From the human T2T-CHM13v2.0 reference genome, Homo sapiens: a stretch of DNA of 64,000 nt. Shown in pieces: positions 44,816 to 64,000 of this stretch. The position numbers were made by a program, and so were the translations under genes. The stretch lies in the NCBI RefSeq assembly GCF_009914755.1, contig NC_060936.1. One strand, given 5' to 3'. The notes below the pieces were generated by a model. It was given only the letters and a program-made list of their open reading frames with translations, had not been told where the DNA came from and made no database searches. The stretch's first letter is position 1. Each line of letters begins with the position of its first letter.

Positions 44816-45296
44816 TTTTTCTTCTTCTAAAGAGAAAACCAGCATCACTTGTTACGTATAGAAGACAACTGGAAAAAAGAGGGTTGTAACTAGCAAAAGG
44901 AGAATAAGTTCATCTCTGTGTCCCTAAAATCGTCTTGGCCCCAGGACAGGTATGCTTACCATATTTTGGGAAATGGCTTTTTGTTCTATCTCTCAAAAAT
45001 TGAGAGATCAAGTGAAAGCGAGATGGGGGAAAGTGGCTGAGAGGGAGTGGCTGTGAGAGGTGAGGAGGGAAGGACAAACAGAAGGACAAGGTAGGGCAGC
45101 AGATCTGGGGCTGCCCTGGGTTTGCTTCAGAAGGTGGGAACAGCATGGTGCTTATGCTGGGGTGGCCATAGCAGTTGGAAGGAGCTATACTGACTGGAAT
45201 GAAAAAGAGTTTCAATCTGCAGGTTGCAATTCATTAGTAAGTTATGGGATGAACTTGGTGGGTCACAATCAGTATCTTTAAAACTATAGGAGCAGA

Positions 45297-45708
<412 letters not shown>

Positions 45709-46496
45709 TCAGTTAAGAGTGTATAGATGTGTGTAATGGGTTGAGATGTAAAAGGTTCTCCGTGGGTCTCAGTGCAAAAGTTTGGAAGCCACTGGACTAA
45801 AGCAAAGATAAGATTAGGTGTTGGCTGAAAAATAAATATACAGTATAAATTTAAAGTAATATGTTTTATATTAACAACCAGGGACCCCTGCTTTCTAGTG
45901 TAGCTTTCTAGAAGCATTCAGGGACCGTGACACACCACATGACATCTGTAAAACACTCTCCCTTTCTGCACCTCTTGGCCTTGGGGAAACTACTCACCCC
46001 CGACACCACCCCTCAACCCTGCCCAGATCCTGGGCTGACTTTGACTTTGCCTCTCCTTGGCTCAGCCACTTTGCCTTAGACCCAATTCCTGTCCCTCTCT
46101 CCTGCATCTTTCCAGATGTCCAGGATAAGGGCCAGCTTTTGTTGATCCACACAGCCTGGGACTCCACACAGGAACCTAGTCACCTCCAGAGGCTGAGCTG
46201 TCCTCTTTTGTGTTTTATGTAAGTGTTCTTGAAATATATATGACAAGGAATGACAGTGAATTGGAGAAGTAACACTCCCCAGTAGTGATAGCAGCTCAAA
46301 CTCATGTGGGGCCTGAGTCTGAATAGGCTCCAAATCATGGGTTGGGTGATGGATCCTAAACCAAGAATTATGGCTCAGATTGGAACCAGGTAAAACAGCT
46401 CTGAAAGAATAGATCTAGCTTCATTTATACTAAAAAGTAAACAGAGGCAAGTATTAAATCTGAATCAAGTTAACATTGTTTAAAACATACACATGC

Positions 46497-46776
46497 GGCC
46501 AGGTGCGGTGGCTCATGCCTGTAATCCCAGCACTTTGGGAGGCTGAGGCGGGTGGATCACCTGAGGTCAGGAGTTTGAGACCAGCCTGACCAACAGGGTG
46601 AAACCCCATCCCTACTAAAAATACAAAAATTAACCAGGCATGGTGGTGGGTGCCTGTAATCCCAACTACTCAGGAGGTTGAGGCACGAGAATTGCTTGAA
46701 CCCAGGGGACTGAGGTTGCAGGTGAGCGGAGATCGCACCACTGCACTTCCTCCTGGGTGACAGAGCGAAAAAAAAA
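46497..46776 (+). mobile_element. Alu (AluS)
   Basis: Full dimer, short tail; TSD core acacatgc. Confidence 0.96.
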
Positions 46777-48734
46777 GCACACATGCAAATTTCAGAATAA
46801 TGGGATCAAAATGCCTTCCAAAAATTTCGGAAGCTTTTTCTCTGACAATACTGAACAAGGCCAAGTCCAAGTGGTATGAAGCAACTCTCAATAAGATGCC
46901 TGGCACAGGACCAGCCGTTGCTTCCTTCCTAATGTCTATACTCATCAAGCCACATGAACTTGTGGCTTGATACTTGAATAACTATTTTTAAATTATTTTT
47001 GACCTGCAGGTAAAACAATAACTGGAAATCGTCAGTTTGCATCATAGGGAGGTCCCCAGAAGAAAAAGAAGTCAAATCTTATCAATATGTAAAAATGGAG
47101 GTGATCAGCCTGTTTTGCAAAAGATAAATGAAACATAGACATTAGCAGACTCATTATAATTCATTAAAATTATCTCAAGGTTAAAGAAAAGACAAAACCT
47201 GGGCATCATTGAGCATGATAAAGACTTCACATGCAAGAATTCCCATAATGAAGGCATTTAAAACACAGCTACTACATTTGTAAACTTATGTTGTTTGCAA
47301 TTCAAGTATACCTTATTATTCAGTGGCTTCTTTTTGGTCACTATTACATAAGTAACTTTTTCATTAACTATTTATTCTTCTTATTAATAGAATATATCCC
47401 TCACTTTTAATTCATTTTTGAACTGATTTTTATATAACCTTTTACAAATTTCCCAGAATTTTTAGAAACCTAACTATTGAATAAATTGAGACATGAATAT
47501 ATTACCTCTTAAGTCTTGTAGAAAACCAGGTCAAAGTTGGCAGGAGACAGGAGAAGAGGTTGGCCAAATCCCTGGGGTCTAAAAGGGATAAACAGCAAAT
47601 TGGTTTTATCCTGAGGCTCTGTACCCAGGACCTGAGCTTAGAGGAGGCCCAATTTCTTCACAGCCATTCCTCAAAAGCATTCCTGGAACTCCCTACTTGT
47701 AAGCTCCTTTAGGGCTTGTGCACATTCTCTGGGATTTTCTTGGAAGTAGCCAACCTTCATTCTTTTCAAAATGGCCAAAAGTCAGTTGGATTTAGATCTG
47801 GTGGATCAGGTCAAATGCATTTAAACAAGCTATGACTTTGAAGTGACAAGTCTGTCTTTCTCATTTAGTTCATAAACAGACCGTGTAGGAATAAACACAT
47901 CAGTTCCTTAAGGGACATGGAAAATTGTGTGGTGGGTGGGGAATAACTAACAGAATTATTAATCTTAATGGCATGCAGCCATGATTAGAGCTAATAAAGT
48001 TGATGCCAAAGCTTGACTTTAATGTTTAACAACAAGGAAAAATTAAAGATAAGGAATAAATTCTATCTCTTCTAATAAGAGCTAGATTCCAGGACAATCA
48101 AAAATTCCAAGGAGAAGAACCGAGAGCCAGAAAGATCTCCCAGAAATGTTCCCTTCTGTAGGTAATTCCTCTTCCCTCTCAGGATTGAAAAATAACCAAC
48201 CTAAACTGGGGAAGGGCGATGGAAAAAGGAAAGAAAAGTTCAGCCCTTTCTTTGTTGATGCAAATCACATGTATAATATCAAAAATTAGAAAATAAAGCC
48301 ACTCGTAAGCCTGGCATGGAGAGATAAACCCTGTTAATATGTTTGGGCATATTGCCTTCAAAATGCTGATATATAACATATTTGTGTAATTCTGTATTTA
48401 CTTATATATGTACATATAAGTAGACATACACACATAAAATATATTTTTCTTTTAGATGGTATGCTATGGATGCTTTTTAGTAATTTTGCTTTCTGTTAAT
48501 AAAATGAATATTTTACATGTCAACAAATATATACTTATTTTATAATTTTAGATGGCTACTTCACAGTATTTTCATGAATAGATCATAATTTATTTAATCG
48601 AAGCCTAATTTTGAACATTTACATTTTTATAAGTGTTTATTTACTGTTTATAAATGCTAAGGTATCCCTATTCAGGCATACAGCTTTAAGCATTTGCTCA
48701 ATTTCTTCCTCCCCATGGTGGAAGAAGGTCTCCT

Positions 48735-49063
48735 TGCTATGGTCCGAATATTTGTGTCCCTCCAAAATTCATATATTGAAACCTAACCTGCAGGTGACAG
48801 TATCAGGAGGTGGGGCTTTTGGGAAGTGATTAGGTCAGGAAGGTGGAGCCTCATGATTGGAATTAGCAACCATAGAAAAAGAGACACCATGTGAGGTCAG
48901 AGCAAAAAGGGTAGGCTGCCTATGCAGTAGTAAGCAGGCCCTCATCAGACTCTGCTGGCACCTTGATCTTACACTTCCCAGCCTCCAGAATGGTGAGAAA
49001 TAAACTTCTGTTGTTTATAAGCTACCCAGTGTTTTGTTATAGCAGCCCAAATGGACTAAGGCA
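48735..49063 (+). mobile_element. MLT1A0-like MaLR solo LTR
   Basis: tgctatggtccgaatatttgtgtccctccaaaattcat...gcagcccaaatggactaaggca; perfect 5-bp TSD ctcct. Confidence 0.92.
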
Positions 49064-49100
49064 CTCCTGATATAAATCAAACATTGAAAATTGTAAAATA

Positions 49101-51171
49101 GGAAGTCCTAGCCAGAGCAATTAGGCAAGAGAAATAAATAAAAGGCATCTAAATAGGAAAAGAAGAAGTCAAACTATCTCTCTTTGCTGATGATATGATT
49201 CCATACATAGAAAACCCTAAAGACTCTGCCAACAGGCCCCGGAACTGATAAATGACTTCAGTAAAGTTTCAGGATACAAAATCAATGTACAAAAAGCAGT
49301 AACATTTCTCTTCACCAATAACATTCAAGCTGCGAGCCAAATCAAGAATGCAATTCCATTTACAATAACCACACACACACAAAATATACCTAGGAATACA
49401 ACTAACCAATGAGGTGAAAGATCTCTATCGTGAGAACTACAAAACACCACTGAAAGAAATCAGATAACACAAGCAAATGGAAAGATACTTTCCATGCTGA
49501 TGGATTGGAAGAATCAATATTGTTAAAAAGGCCGTACTGCTCAAAGCAATCTACAGATTCAATGCTATTCCTATCAAACTAACATCGTTTTTCACAGAAC
49601 TAGAAAAAATGATTCCAAAATTCATATGGAGCTAAAAAAGAGCCCAAACAGCCAAAGCAATCCTAAGCAAAAGGAACAAAGTTGGAAGCATCACATTACC
49701 TGACCTCAAACTATACTATAAAGGTACAGTAACCAAAACAGTATGGTACTGGTACAAAAACAGACACACAGACCAATGGAATAGAATAGATAACCCAGAA
49801 ATAAAGCCACACACCTATAGCCATCTGGTCTTTGACAAAGTCAACAAAAATAAGCAATAAGGAAATGACTTATTATTCAATAAACAGTGCTGGGATAACA
49901 GGCTAGCCATATGCAGAAGAATGAAACTGGACTTCTACCTTTCACCATGTACAAAAATTAACTCAAAATGGATTAAAGATTTAAATATAAGACTTCAAAC
50001 TACAAGAATCCTAGAAAAAAAACTAGGAAACACCATTCTGGGCATCACCCTTAGGAAAGAATTTATGACTATGCCCTCAAAAGCAATTGCAACAAAAACA
50101 AAAATTGATAAGTGGAACCTAATTAAAATAAAGAGCTTCTGCACAGCAAAAAGAAACTATTGACAGACTAAACAGACAACCTACAGAATTGGAGAAAATA
50201 TTCACAAACCAGGCATCTGACAAAGGTCTAATATTCAAAATCTATATGGAACTTAAACAACTAAACAAGCAAAAACAGATAACCCCATTAAAAGTGGACA
50301 AAAGACATGAACAGACATTTCTCAAAAGGAGACATACAAGCAGCCAACAAACATATGAAAAAAATGCTCAATATCACTAATCATCAGATAAATGCAAATC
50401 AAAACCACAATGAGATACCATCTCACACCAGTCAGAATGGCTATTATTAAAAAGTCAATAGGTAACAGATTGTGGAGGGCTGTGGAGAAAAGGAAACACT
50501 TATATGTTGTTAGTTGGAATGTAAAGGGAATGCTTACACACTGTTGGTGGGAATGTAAATTAGTTCAGCCACAGTGGAAAGCAGTTTGGAGATTTCTCCA
50601 AGAACTAAAAACAGAATTAACATTTGACCCAGCAATCCCATTACTGGATATATATGCAAAAGAAAATAAATTGTTCTACCAAAAAGACACATGCACCTTA
50701 TGTTAATTGCAGCACTATTCATAATAGCAAAGACATGGAATCAACCAAGGTGCCCATCAATGATGGATTAGACAAAGAAAATGTGGTACATACACACCAT
50801 GGAATACCATGCAGCCATAAAAAAGGAAGAAATCATGTCCTTTGCATCAACATGGATGCAGTTGGAGGCCATTATTCTAAGCAGAATAATATAGAAAAAC
50901 AAAAACCAAATACCACATGTTCTCACTTAAAAGTGGGAACTAAACATTGGATACTCATGGACGTAAAGATAGCAGCAAAAGAAACTGGGGACTATTGTGG
51001 GGAGGGGGAAGGAGAAAAAGGGTTGAAAAACTAACTATTGGGTACTAATGCTCAGTATCTGGATGAAGGGATCATTTGTACCCCCACACTCAACATCATG
51101 TAATACATTCAGGTAACAAACCTGCACATGTACCACCTGAATCTGAAATAAAAGTTGAAATTTAAAAAAAA
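49101..51171 (+). mobile_element. 5'-truncated L1 (L1PA13-16-like), disrupted ORF2
   Basis: ORF2 peptides ([17 protein letters not shown]); 3' UTR and aataaa; 15-bp TSD gaaaattgtaaaata / gaaaattgcaaaata. Confidence 0.95.
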
Positions 51172-51329
51172 GAAAATTGCAAAATAATAAATACATTAAG
51201 GAAAAATGTAAAAGCCACCTTTCTGAGAAAACAACATTTCAGTGACCATTTTTCCATGTAACTCTTTCTGCATTATGTACACATAGGCATAATATATGTG
51301 TGTGTGTATGTGTGTGTGTGCATGCTCAT

Positions 51330-53185
51330 TTATGTGTGTTTTTATACCCACACAAGATTTAAGGGGGACATTTTTAAAGGGATTGGTGATATATAATTCT
51401 CTGTATCTTAACAATATATAATGGAAATTCCTCAAGATCAGGTAGTATAGGTAATTAATTTTTAATTCTTGGATAAAATTCTACTGTAAGCATTATTATC
51501 ATTCAGCTATTCTTTTACTAATAGAGTTTTGATTTGCTATCAACTTTTTGTTATTAAAAATAATGCTGCAGTACATACACACTCACACACACACACTTAT
51601 ATATACTGGGGCTTTTATTTCTATAGTATAGAGTCCCAGGATTGAGATTCTGGGTTGAATTGCAAGTGCATTTAAATTTTTAATAGAGATCACGAATTGC
51701 TTTTTCACATTTCTACCAGTGATATATGAAAGTGCCCTTGCCCTGACTCCCATCTCTGCTAATAATAGGTGCAGTTACTCTTTGATTTTTGCCACTCTGA
51801 TGGCTATGATCATGGTAATTTTCATTTCCCTTTCTCTGCCTATTGGAGGAGATTGAACATTTTATCATACTTGCTCTTCTGCCAATTGCCTATTCATATC
51901 CCCAACCTATTTTGCTATTGGGTTGATTATCTTTATCTTATTAAATTGTGACATAGCTTTTTTTATATATAGATGCAAATTTTTATCTATCATTTGATTT
52001 ATATTTTTTCCAGCTTGTTTACCTACTGATTTTGTTTTTGGTATCTCTTGCACTACAAATAATACCTTGAAGTTTTATAAAGGTTAGGTTGATCACCTAC
52101 CTTTGTTTAAAATATTTCTTTAATTCTTAGGTGTACAGATAATAACCTAATTTTTTATAAAATGGTTATTTATTTATTTTTACTTTCAAGTCAAATTCAT
52201 TAGGAATTTACTTCATAATTAATATAAACTAGGGGGTCCACATTTATTTTCTTCCAAGAGCATATCCAATTGTGATGAGATTATTAATTAAATTTCCCCA
52301 CAATGATATAATGAAGTATCATCTTCATGAGGTATTACACAATTCTGAGATCTCTTTATTATTATTTTTTACTGATTTTTTTGGTAGTCTTGTGCCTATA
52401 TTGTACTGTTTTATTATACTGGCTTTTAAGTAGTTTTAATACTGTCATTCTTTTTGTTTTTGAGACAGAGTCTCAATCTGTCACCCAGGCTGGAGTGCAA
52501 TGGTGTGATCTCAGCTCACTGAAACCTCTGCCTCCTGGGTTCAAACGATTCTCCTGCCTCAGCCTCCTGAGTAGCCTGCCACCACCCTAGGCTAATTTTT
52601 GTATTTTTAATAGAGATGGGCTTTCACATGTTGGCCAGGCTAATACTATCATTCTTTATTCATCAATTTGAATATTTTATCCAATTAAAACTGCCAGAGA
52701 TTCTATGGAAGTTGTACTGAATTTATATACTATTTTCAGGAGAACAGCTCTATTTATGAGAAAAAGTGTCACTTTTCAAGAACGTGGTGTAAATTTCTAA
52801 TTGTTCAGATCCCATTTTTGTCCTCCAGTACGATTTTATTTTTTACATGGGTCCTATTCCTTTGTCATATAATTTATTCCTATTTTATGATTTTTGTTAC
52901 TATTATGAATGGAATAGTTTCCTCATTTTCGTTTGTATGTGGGTATGGCTTATATAGAAAAAGCTAATCATACTATATCTTTATGTTGTATCTACCCAAT
53001 CCATCAAATTCTTTCTTTTACTTCTATTTACTTTTTTTACTAGAGTTTCTTGATGATATCAGGTATAAAATTATATTGTCAGCAAAAAGTTTCACCTCTT
53101 TCTTTCCATATTTATGCTGTGCATATTAGGTTTATTGCATTTACTAAAATATCTAAACAATATTAAATAATAATAGTAAAAGTAG
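51330..53185 (-). mobile_element. Old L1M (L1ME-like) remnant; probably continues at ~59650-60620
   Basis: T-rich degraded antisense L1 motifs (aataatgctgcagtaca..., gagattctgggttgaat, attatattgtcagcaaa). Confidence 0.6.
52452..52640 (-). mobile_element. 5'-truncated Alu with an internal deletion
   Basis: 17-bp TSD taatactgtcattcttt / taatactatcattcttt. Confidence 0.92.
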
Positions 53186-53186
53186 G

Positions 53187-53388
53187 TGTGATTTGTAAAC
53201 TATATATTTGGTCTTCATCCTGTTTTCTGGCATACAACTCCTAAAATCCTTGGAATCCCCAAAGTGATAAATGTCTTTTTGTATGCTAATAAGTTGACTG
53301 GTGGCTGGCAGCCCCTAGATAGCTTCATGATGGGGGCTGGTCACCAGAAAAACCAATGGTCAATTAGAGAGTGGGGACTTTGCAACCC
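53187..53388 (+). mobile_element. MER21-like LTR 5' fragment
   Basis: tatatttggtcttcatcctgttttctggcatacaactcctaaaatccttggaat...gcccctagatagcttcatgatgggggctggtcaccagaaa. Confidence 0.75.
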
Positions 53389-53518
53389 TGCTCCTTTGCC
53401 AAAATGCACTTCAAAACATTTTGCATTTATAACTAACATTTGGGATTTATTTAATGCAAATCTAATAGTATTCAGGATTAGCCAGTTATAATCAGACTGG
53501 TAAGATAATTTTCAGCTC

Positions 53519-59644
<6,126 letters not shown>

Positions 59645-59994
59645 GATAATGTTCTTTTCCGATTCAGCTTCAGTTTGGTTATTAAATTATGCTAGTTTCA
59701 TATGAATTGGGAAATTTTTAATGTTTACATTTATGAATTACGATTTACCAGAATTCTCTATTCTTAAAGCTAGCTAAAACTCAGGTTTGAAATTACCTGA
59801 TCCTGAGGCCTCTAACACAATAGTGTATTAACTATCTATCCCAAACTTTTTGTGACAAATGATCTCTTAAAATTTTCTACTACTTAGGCCACTTTTGAGA
59901 ACTTAAAATTTATAAGAGAATCCTTTGTGTATTATAGGTTTTCAAATTTATTGTCAAAGAGTTGCACGTACATTTTATTATAATATTTTTTATT

Positions 59995-60221
59995 TTGAGA
60001 GCTTGTTTGGAGGTTTGAGCAGGGAAACACAGCTACTCATATACCCTTAACCTAAGTCCTTCTCGATCAGGAATGGTCATCATCTTCAACTGAGCATGCA
60101 GCTTTGGGAAGGAAGCACATGGAGTGGTGAGGGAGGAATGGGACACCTGCCTAGCCAGCCTGATCAGCAGCCCTGGCAATCAGTGGGTGATGGATGTCCC
60201 AGAAAGTTCACCCTCACATCC
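59995..60221 (-). pseudogene. 7SK snRNA retropseudogene (RN7SKP-type), 3'-truncated
   Basis: Reverse complement runs from ggatgtgaggg... through ggctggctaggcaggtgtcccattcctccctcacc... to aacctccaaacaagctctcaa, matching roughly nt 1-240 of 7SK with CpG decay; flanked by the direct repeat ttttttatttt. Confidence 0.95.
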
Positions 60222-60649
60222 ACCTTTTTTATTTTGTATCTGTGATTATGTCTTTTTGTTCATTCCAAATGTGCAAATTTTTATACTTTTTTCATAATCA
60301 CTCCTGTGATTTACATATTTATTTCATTGATCAAGAAGTAGCTTTTGAATTTAGTTCACCTTTTACTATTATTTTATTTTCTGATCATTAATTTCAGCTT
60401 TTTTCTTTATAACTTTCATTTTTAGCTTATTTCCTTGTTCAGATTTTAATTTTTTAAGAAAAGTACTACCATTTTGTAAATGTTCGTCTTCTTAAATAGC
60501 AGAGATAATTGCAACTATAAGTTTTTCTTTATCAGTCTTTCATGTCTTATGGTGTAAATGGACTCATTTTCATTACTTTCTATTTATAGAAATTTATAAT
60601 ATATATTTTGTCACTGCTCCACACTATTTATCTTCAGACACATAAAGTT

Positions 60650-61100
60650 ATGGTTCTATATTCTCTTTTTGGTTGATCTCACCTACTGCTATGATTTAAG
60701 CTACCACTTTTAAGCTGATGGTTTCCAAATTTTCCAGAAGCTGCAGGCTCTGATATCTACCTTGCCTCGTGTATATAACTGGCTCAATATGCTTAAACTT
60801 GTCAACGTTTCCCCAAATCAGCAATAACTATATATTTTTCTCAATTATTTGTATCATTATCCACCTAGTCACTCAAGTTAGAAATAGAAATCATCTTTCA
60901 ACTCTGCCTTGCCCCTCACACCCATATCCTACCAAACACCAAATCCTGATGACTTTACCTTCTGTATAAAGTTTATCTTCTGCTGTTGCTGCCCCAGTTT
61001 TAACCCTCATCATTTATGGTAGGTTATTTCAAAGGTGCACCTTTGATCAAGGACTTTTCCAACACAAACCCTACACAGCCTACAAGGCTCTTTATATTCC
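60650..61100 (+). mobile_element. L2 fragment
   Basis: tatcattatccacctagtcactcaagttagaaatagaaatcatc...caccaaatcctg. Confidence 0.5.
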
Positions 61101-61304
61101 CTGCTGAAAAGAAAAGCAACTACCAACATAAATAACAGTGTGAACCATTTAATGAGTTATTCTATTAATGTGCTTTTGTATTAAAAAAAGATATGTAAAG
61201 CACTGGGTAGAGAAAATGACTAAAATTTATTCTCTATCTCCTGTGAGCCTAGTCTTGTGCTACGGTGTTATCATCTTATCTCATTTAATATTATAATATG
61301 CTTG

Positions 61305-61812
61305 TGGGTTGGGCAGTTAGGAATGCTTTCAGCTGCAAGTATCAGAAAATCTCACTGATGGTAGTGTAAATCATAAAGACAGTTCATTCTCTTCTGTTAC
61401 AAAAGTCCAGAAGTTGGTGTTTCCAGCTCAACCATGCCATCGAAGACTCCTAAACTCTATTTTTCCTTTTGCTGTACTTAACACATTGCTTTCTCAACCT
61501 TATGCCTGTTTCTTTGTAGAAGCATGAGGGCTAATGAAGCTCTAGCTTTCACAGGGAAAAGAGAAAACAGGTGTTGCTGGTGTGCTCTCTTTCTGAGTCT
61601 GGCCCCTTGACAAGGAAGCAAAAGTTCCTCCAGAAGCCTCCAACAGGTTTCTATTTACATCTGAATGGCTAGACTAGGCCACCTGGCTCCTCCCAGTTGC
61701 ATGGGAGATGAGAGAGCAAAGACTTAGGGTTTCCAGTCTCTATGGTGAATGGCAATCAGGGAGAGGGGGAATGGGAGTGGCTACCAGATGAGCCCAGGAT
61801 AGAGACTTCACA
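61305..61812 (-). mobile_element. MLT1K/L-like MaLR LTR
   Basis: cagttaggaatgctttcagctgcaagtatcagaaaatc...ttcctccagaagcctccaacagg...ggctagactaggccac. Confidence 0.65.
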
Positions 61813-64000
61813 TCTGCGATTGTAGATGTGGTCAAAGATGCCCGAAGGGCTACTGCTGGTAATTGGTGGAACGTGGATTGGGAATTAAGTTCTGTTTCCA
61901 AAGTTAATGCTGTCTTCTCTATACCACTCAGTCTCTCCAAATACACTTTCTAAGAATAGAATTTCAGATATTTAGACATGATTTGAGTGACATTTCTTGG
62001 CACCTGCTGATTTCTCCAAAATCACACAATAATATGTTCTCAGACATTGGATAGAATTATGCTAGAATGTTCTAAAGATGAAACCACCCTCTTACTTCTT
62101 TGATGAAGCCACATGTAAACTGTGTTCCTTTTGTAAACTGAAACATTAGGGACTATACTAAACTTGTCTTAGATTGACTTTAAAGTATAGAACTTAAAAA
62201 GAAACCACATTCAAAGTATTTAAACTTGTATGGTATGCTTTCTCTGACCTTTAGATCCCCAGTTGGGAATCCTTGCCAAATTTAATCTTTTAGTTGTGAA
62301 TAAGCTTTTGAACACAGTCATCCTGACCTTTGGACATGTCACCTTGCCTAATGAATAGCTTGTCACTTAATTAATAATGATGGTTAAACCTCCTCTAATA
62401 TATTGGAGAAAAAAGTTTTAAATACTCACTTTACAGTTATTCATTTCAACACAGAATTCATAAGGAGGGAAGGTCTGCACATGAAACTTTATATCTTATA
62501 CTCCTTTTCTCTTTGACTTAATAAATGAGAATCCACAAGGCAAAGGTTCAATGTTTTGCTGCTGTAAAAAAGATTTAAACCTTTTACTAGTTACTGTGTC
62601 ACAATTGTGACCTTACAATGAGAAGATTATGACTTTGGGTCATAAGAAGTGGAGGAAGTACATATATAAACAGTAAAAACATAAATGTGTACTAATTCTG
62701 ACCTCATTGGAAATCATTCTTTCCTAACAGTAATTTTCAGTTCCACCTGCTGAAACTCATTTTCTATAAAAATGAAGCCACAGGCAACTTAATAGTCAAG
62801 GTTACAATAAAAAGGGGTCTCAAAAACATGTCATTGGTGAACAATTTTTTTTTGCAAATCTCAAATCTTTTTCTTTTGAAGCTAACCAATCTTGACCATT
62901 AAAATGGACTAAAAAGACCTGCATCCACCATCAAAGACTGGATGATCAAGAACATTCATGTCACTCTCTTAGCACCATTAGGTTAAAAATTGCTATATTG
63001 TTTCCAGACTTCCTGATAGTTTTAATGATGTCTTCATTTTTCTTTTAAATGTAGACAGCCAATTTTCCTATGATGGGAGCATATTACTACTGGCGAAATA
63101 AGACATCTTGCATAGAAATGTTTGATGTCTTTGAACAAGGGACAGCCATTTCTTTACACAGTCTTCCCAAAAGCATTTGAAAGACTTGCATTTCTGCTGC
63201 TACATGAGTTTTCAGAAAAGAAAAAATGTTAGCAAAAACAATTATGTATATTTATAACAATATAGATTAGATGTATATATGTAATCTTGAGACCCTCTGT
63301 AATTTATGTTCATAGATAAAAGAAATACATCACAGAGGCAAACCCTCAACATTCTTCAAATTTAGTTTATGCTACAACAAGTGTTGCTATAGAAACATTA
63401 AATCCCCAACAGAATTCCTGGAAGTTAAAGATCTGCCTGTAGACTTGCTTCCAGATGCTGACTTGCTGGCTTGTTAAATAAAACTTGGCATTTATCATAT
63501 GGGAGATTTTATCTCGAAACATACTATGAGGACTACCTGGGACATTGAGTGCCGTGCTCACAATGGGAGAAGGGTTTATATAATCAGAAGGAGTCTCAGG
63601 ACTTCAGATGTAATGCCTATTAGCCTGATCATTTTTCCTCTTTCTCCATCAATATTCCCTATAAATAAGCAGCTCTAAAATAGGAAACTCCCTAAATGAC
63701 CAGATGATGGAAAATCACTTTATTAATAAAAATTTTTCATCTGTGTTAAGCAGGTTAAGTCTTTCTGGATACCAGTGAGAAAATCACGTTTTCCTATAGA
63801 CATTTTGCAGCTTCTCTTTAAGAGCAATTTCCCCCTGGTAATTATACAGCAGTTTGCTCTCAGAAAACAGACTGATTAATGAGGAAGCAGCTAAATGAGT
63901 TCTTTAAAAATGTCTAAAAATGTTCTTGCTTCTGCTTTTCTAATCTTCCTCAACCAAATTGACAGCTTTTTAAAAGAATCTCCTTAGTGAATGCATGACA

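Noticed and set aside
50488-50562. Diverged ~35-bp tandem duplication in L1 ORF2; similar micro-duplications at ~910-958, ~6544-6582 and ~35947-35971
   Set aside because: Ordinary slippage events inside dead repeats.
63367-63561. Short ORFs in the terminal unique region (64-aa minus ORF; plus-strand FLEVKDLPVDLLPDADLLAC*)
   Set aside because: No recognisable homology and weak splice context.

Overview
Primate (human-like) nuclear DNA, AT-rich and dominated by interspersed repeats, consistent with an intergenic or deep-intronic region. I found no host protein-coding exon that I can support. The recognisable ORFs are read-throughs of Alu, L1, MaLR or CR1 sequence, and the rest look like chance ORFs. 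Main contents: an old L1M (about 0.2-5.1 kb); a MaLR (MLT1) LTR-internal-LTR provirus remnant carrying nested insertions (9.7-15.9 kb); three 5'-truncated L1s with TSDs, one of them a young L1PA2-like copy with an open ORF2 C-terminus fused in frame to an LTR-derived ATG; a 73-bp L1 3' end with a perfect 15-bp TSD; a full-length but disrupted L1PA6-8-like element (53.5-59.6 kb, minus); about 17 Alu/FLAM/FRAM copies; many MaLR/ERVL/ERV1 solo LTRs; L2, L3/CR1 and MIR fossils; and a tailless 7SK retropseudogene. The structures least explained by ordinary repeat annotation are a near-perfect 58-bp-arm fold-back with two satellite hairpins inside the old L1 (4291-4436), an old ~70-bp tandem duplication in which both copies received Alu-family insertions at the homologous site (30821-31818), a dispersed ~70-bp duplication (24698/25919), the LTR-L1 chimeric ORF (39113-40411), and a CpG-enriched unique segment with splice and Kozak signals (42.4-42.6 kb). 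I see no convincing new multi-gene system. Repeat subfamily names come from remembered consensus motifs and need RepeatMasker/Dfam confirmation. Boundaries of old elements are approximate.
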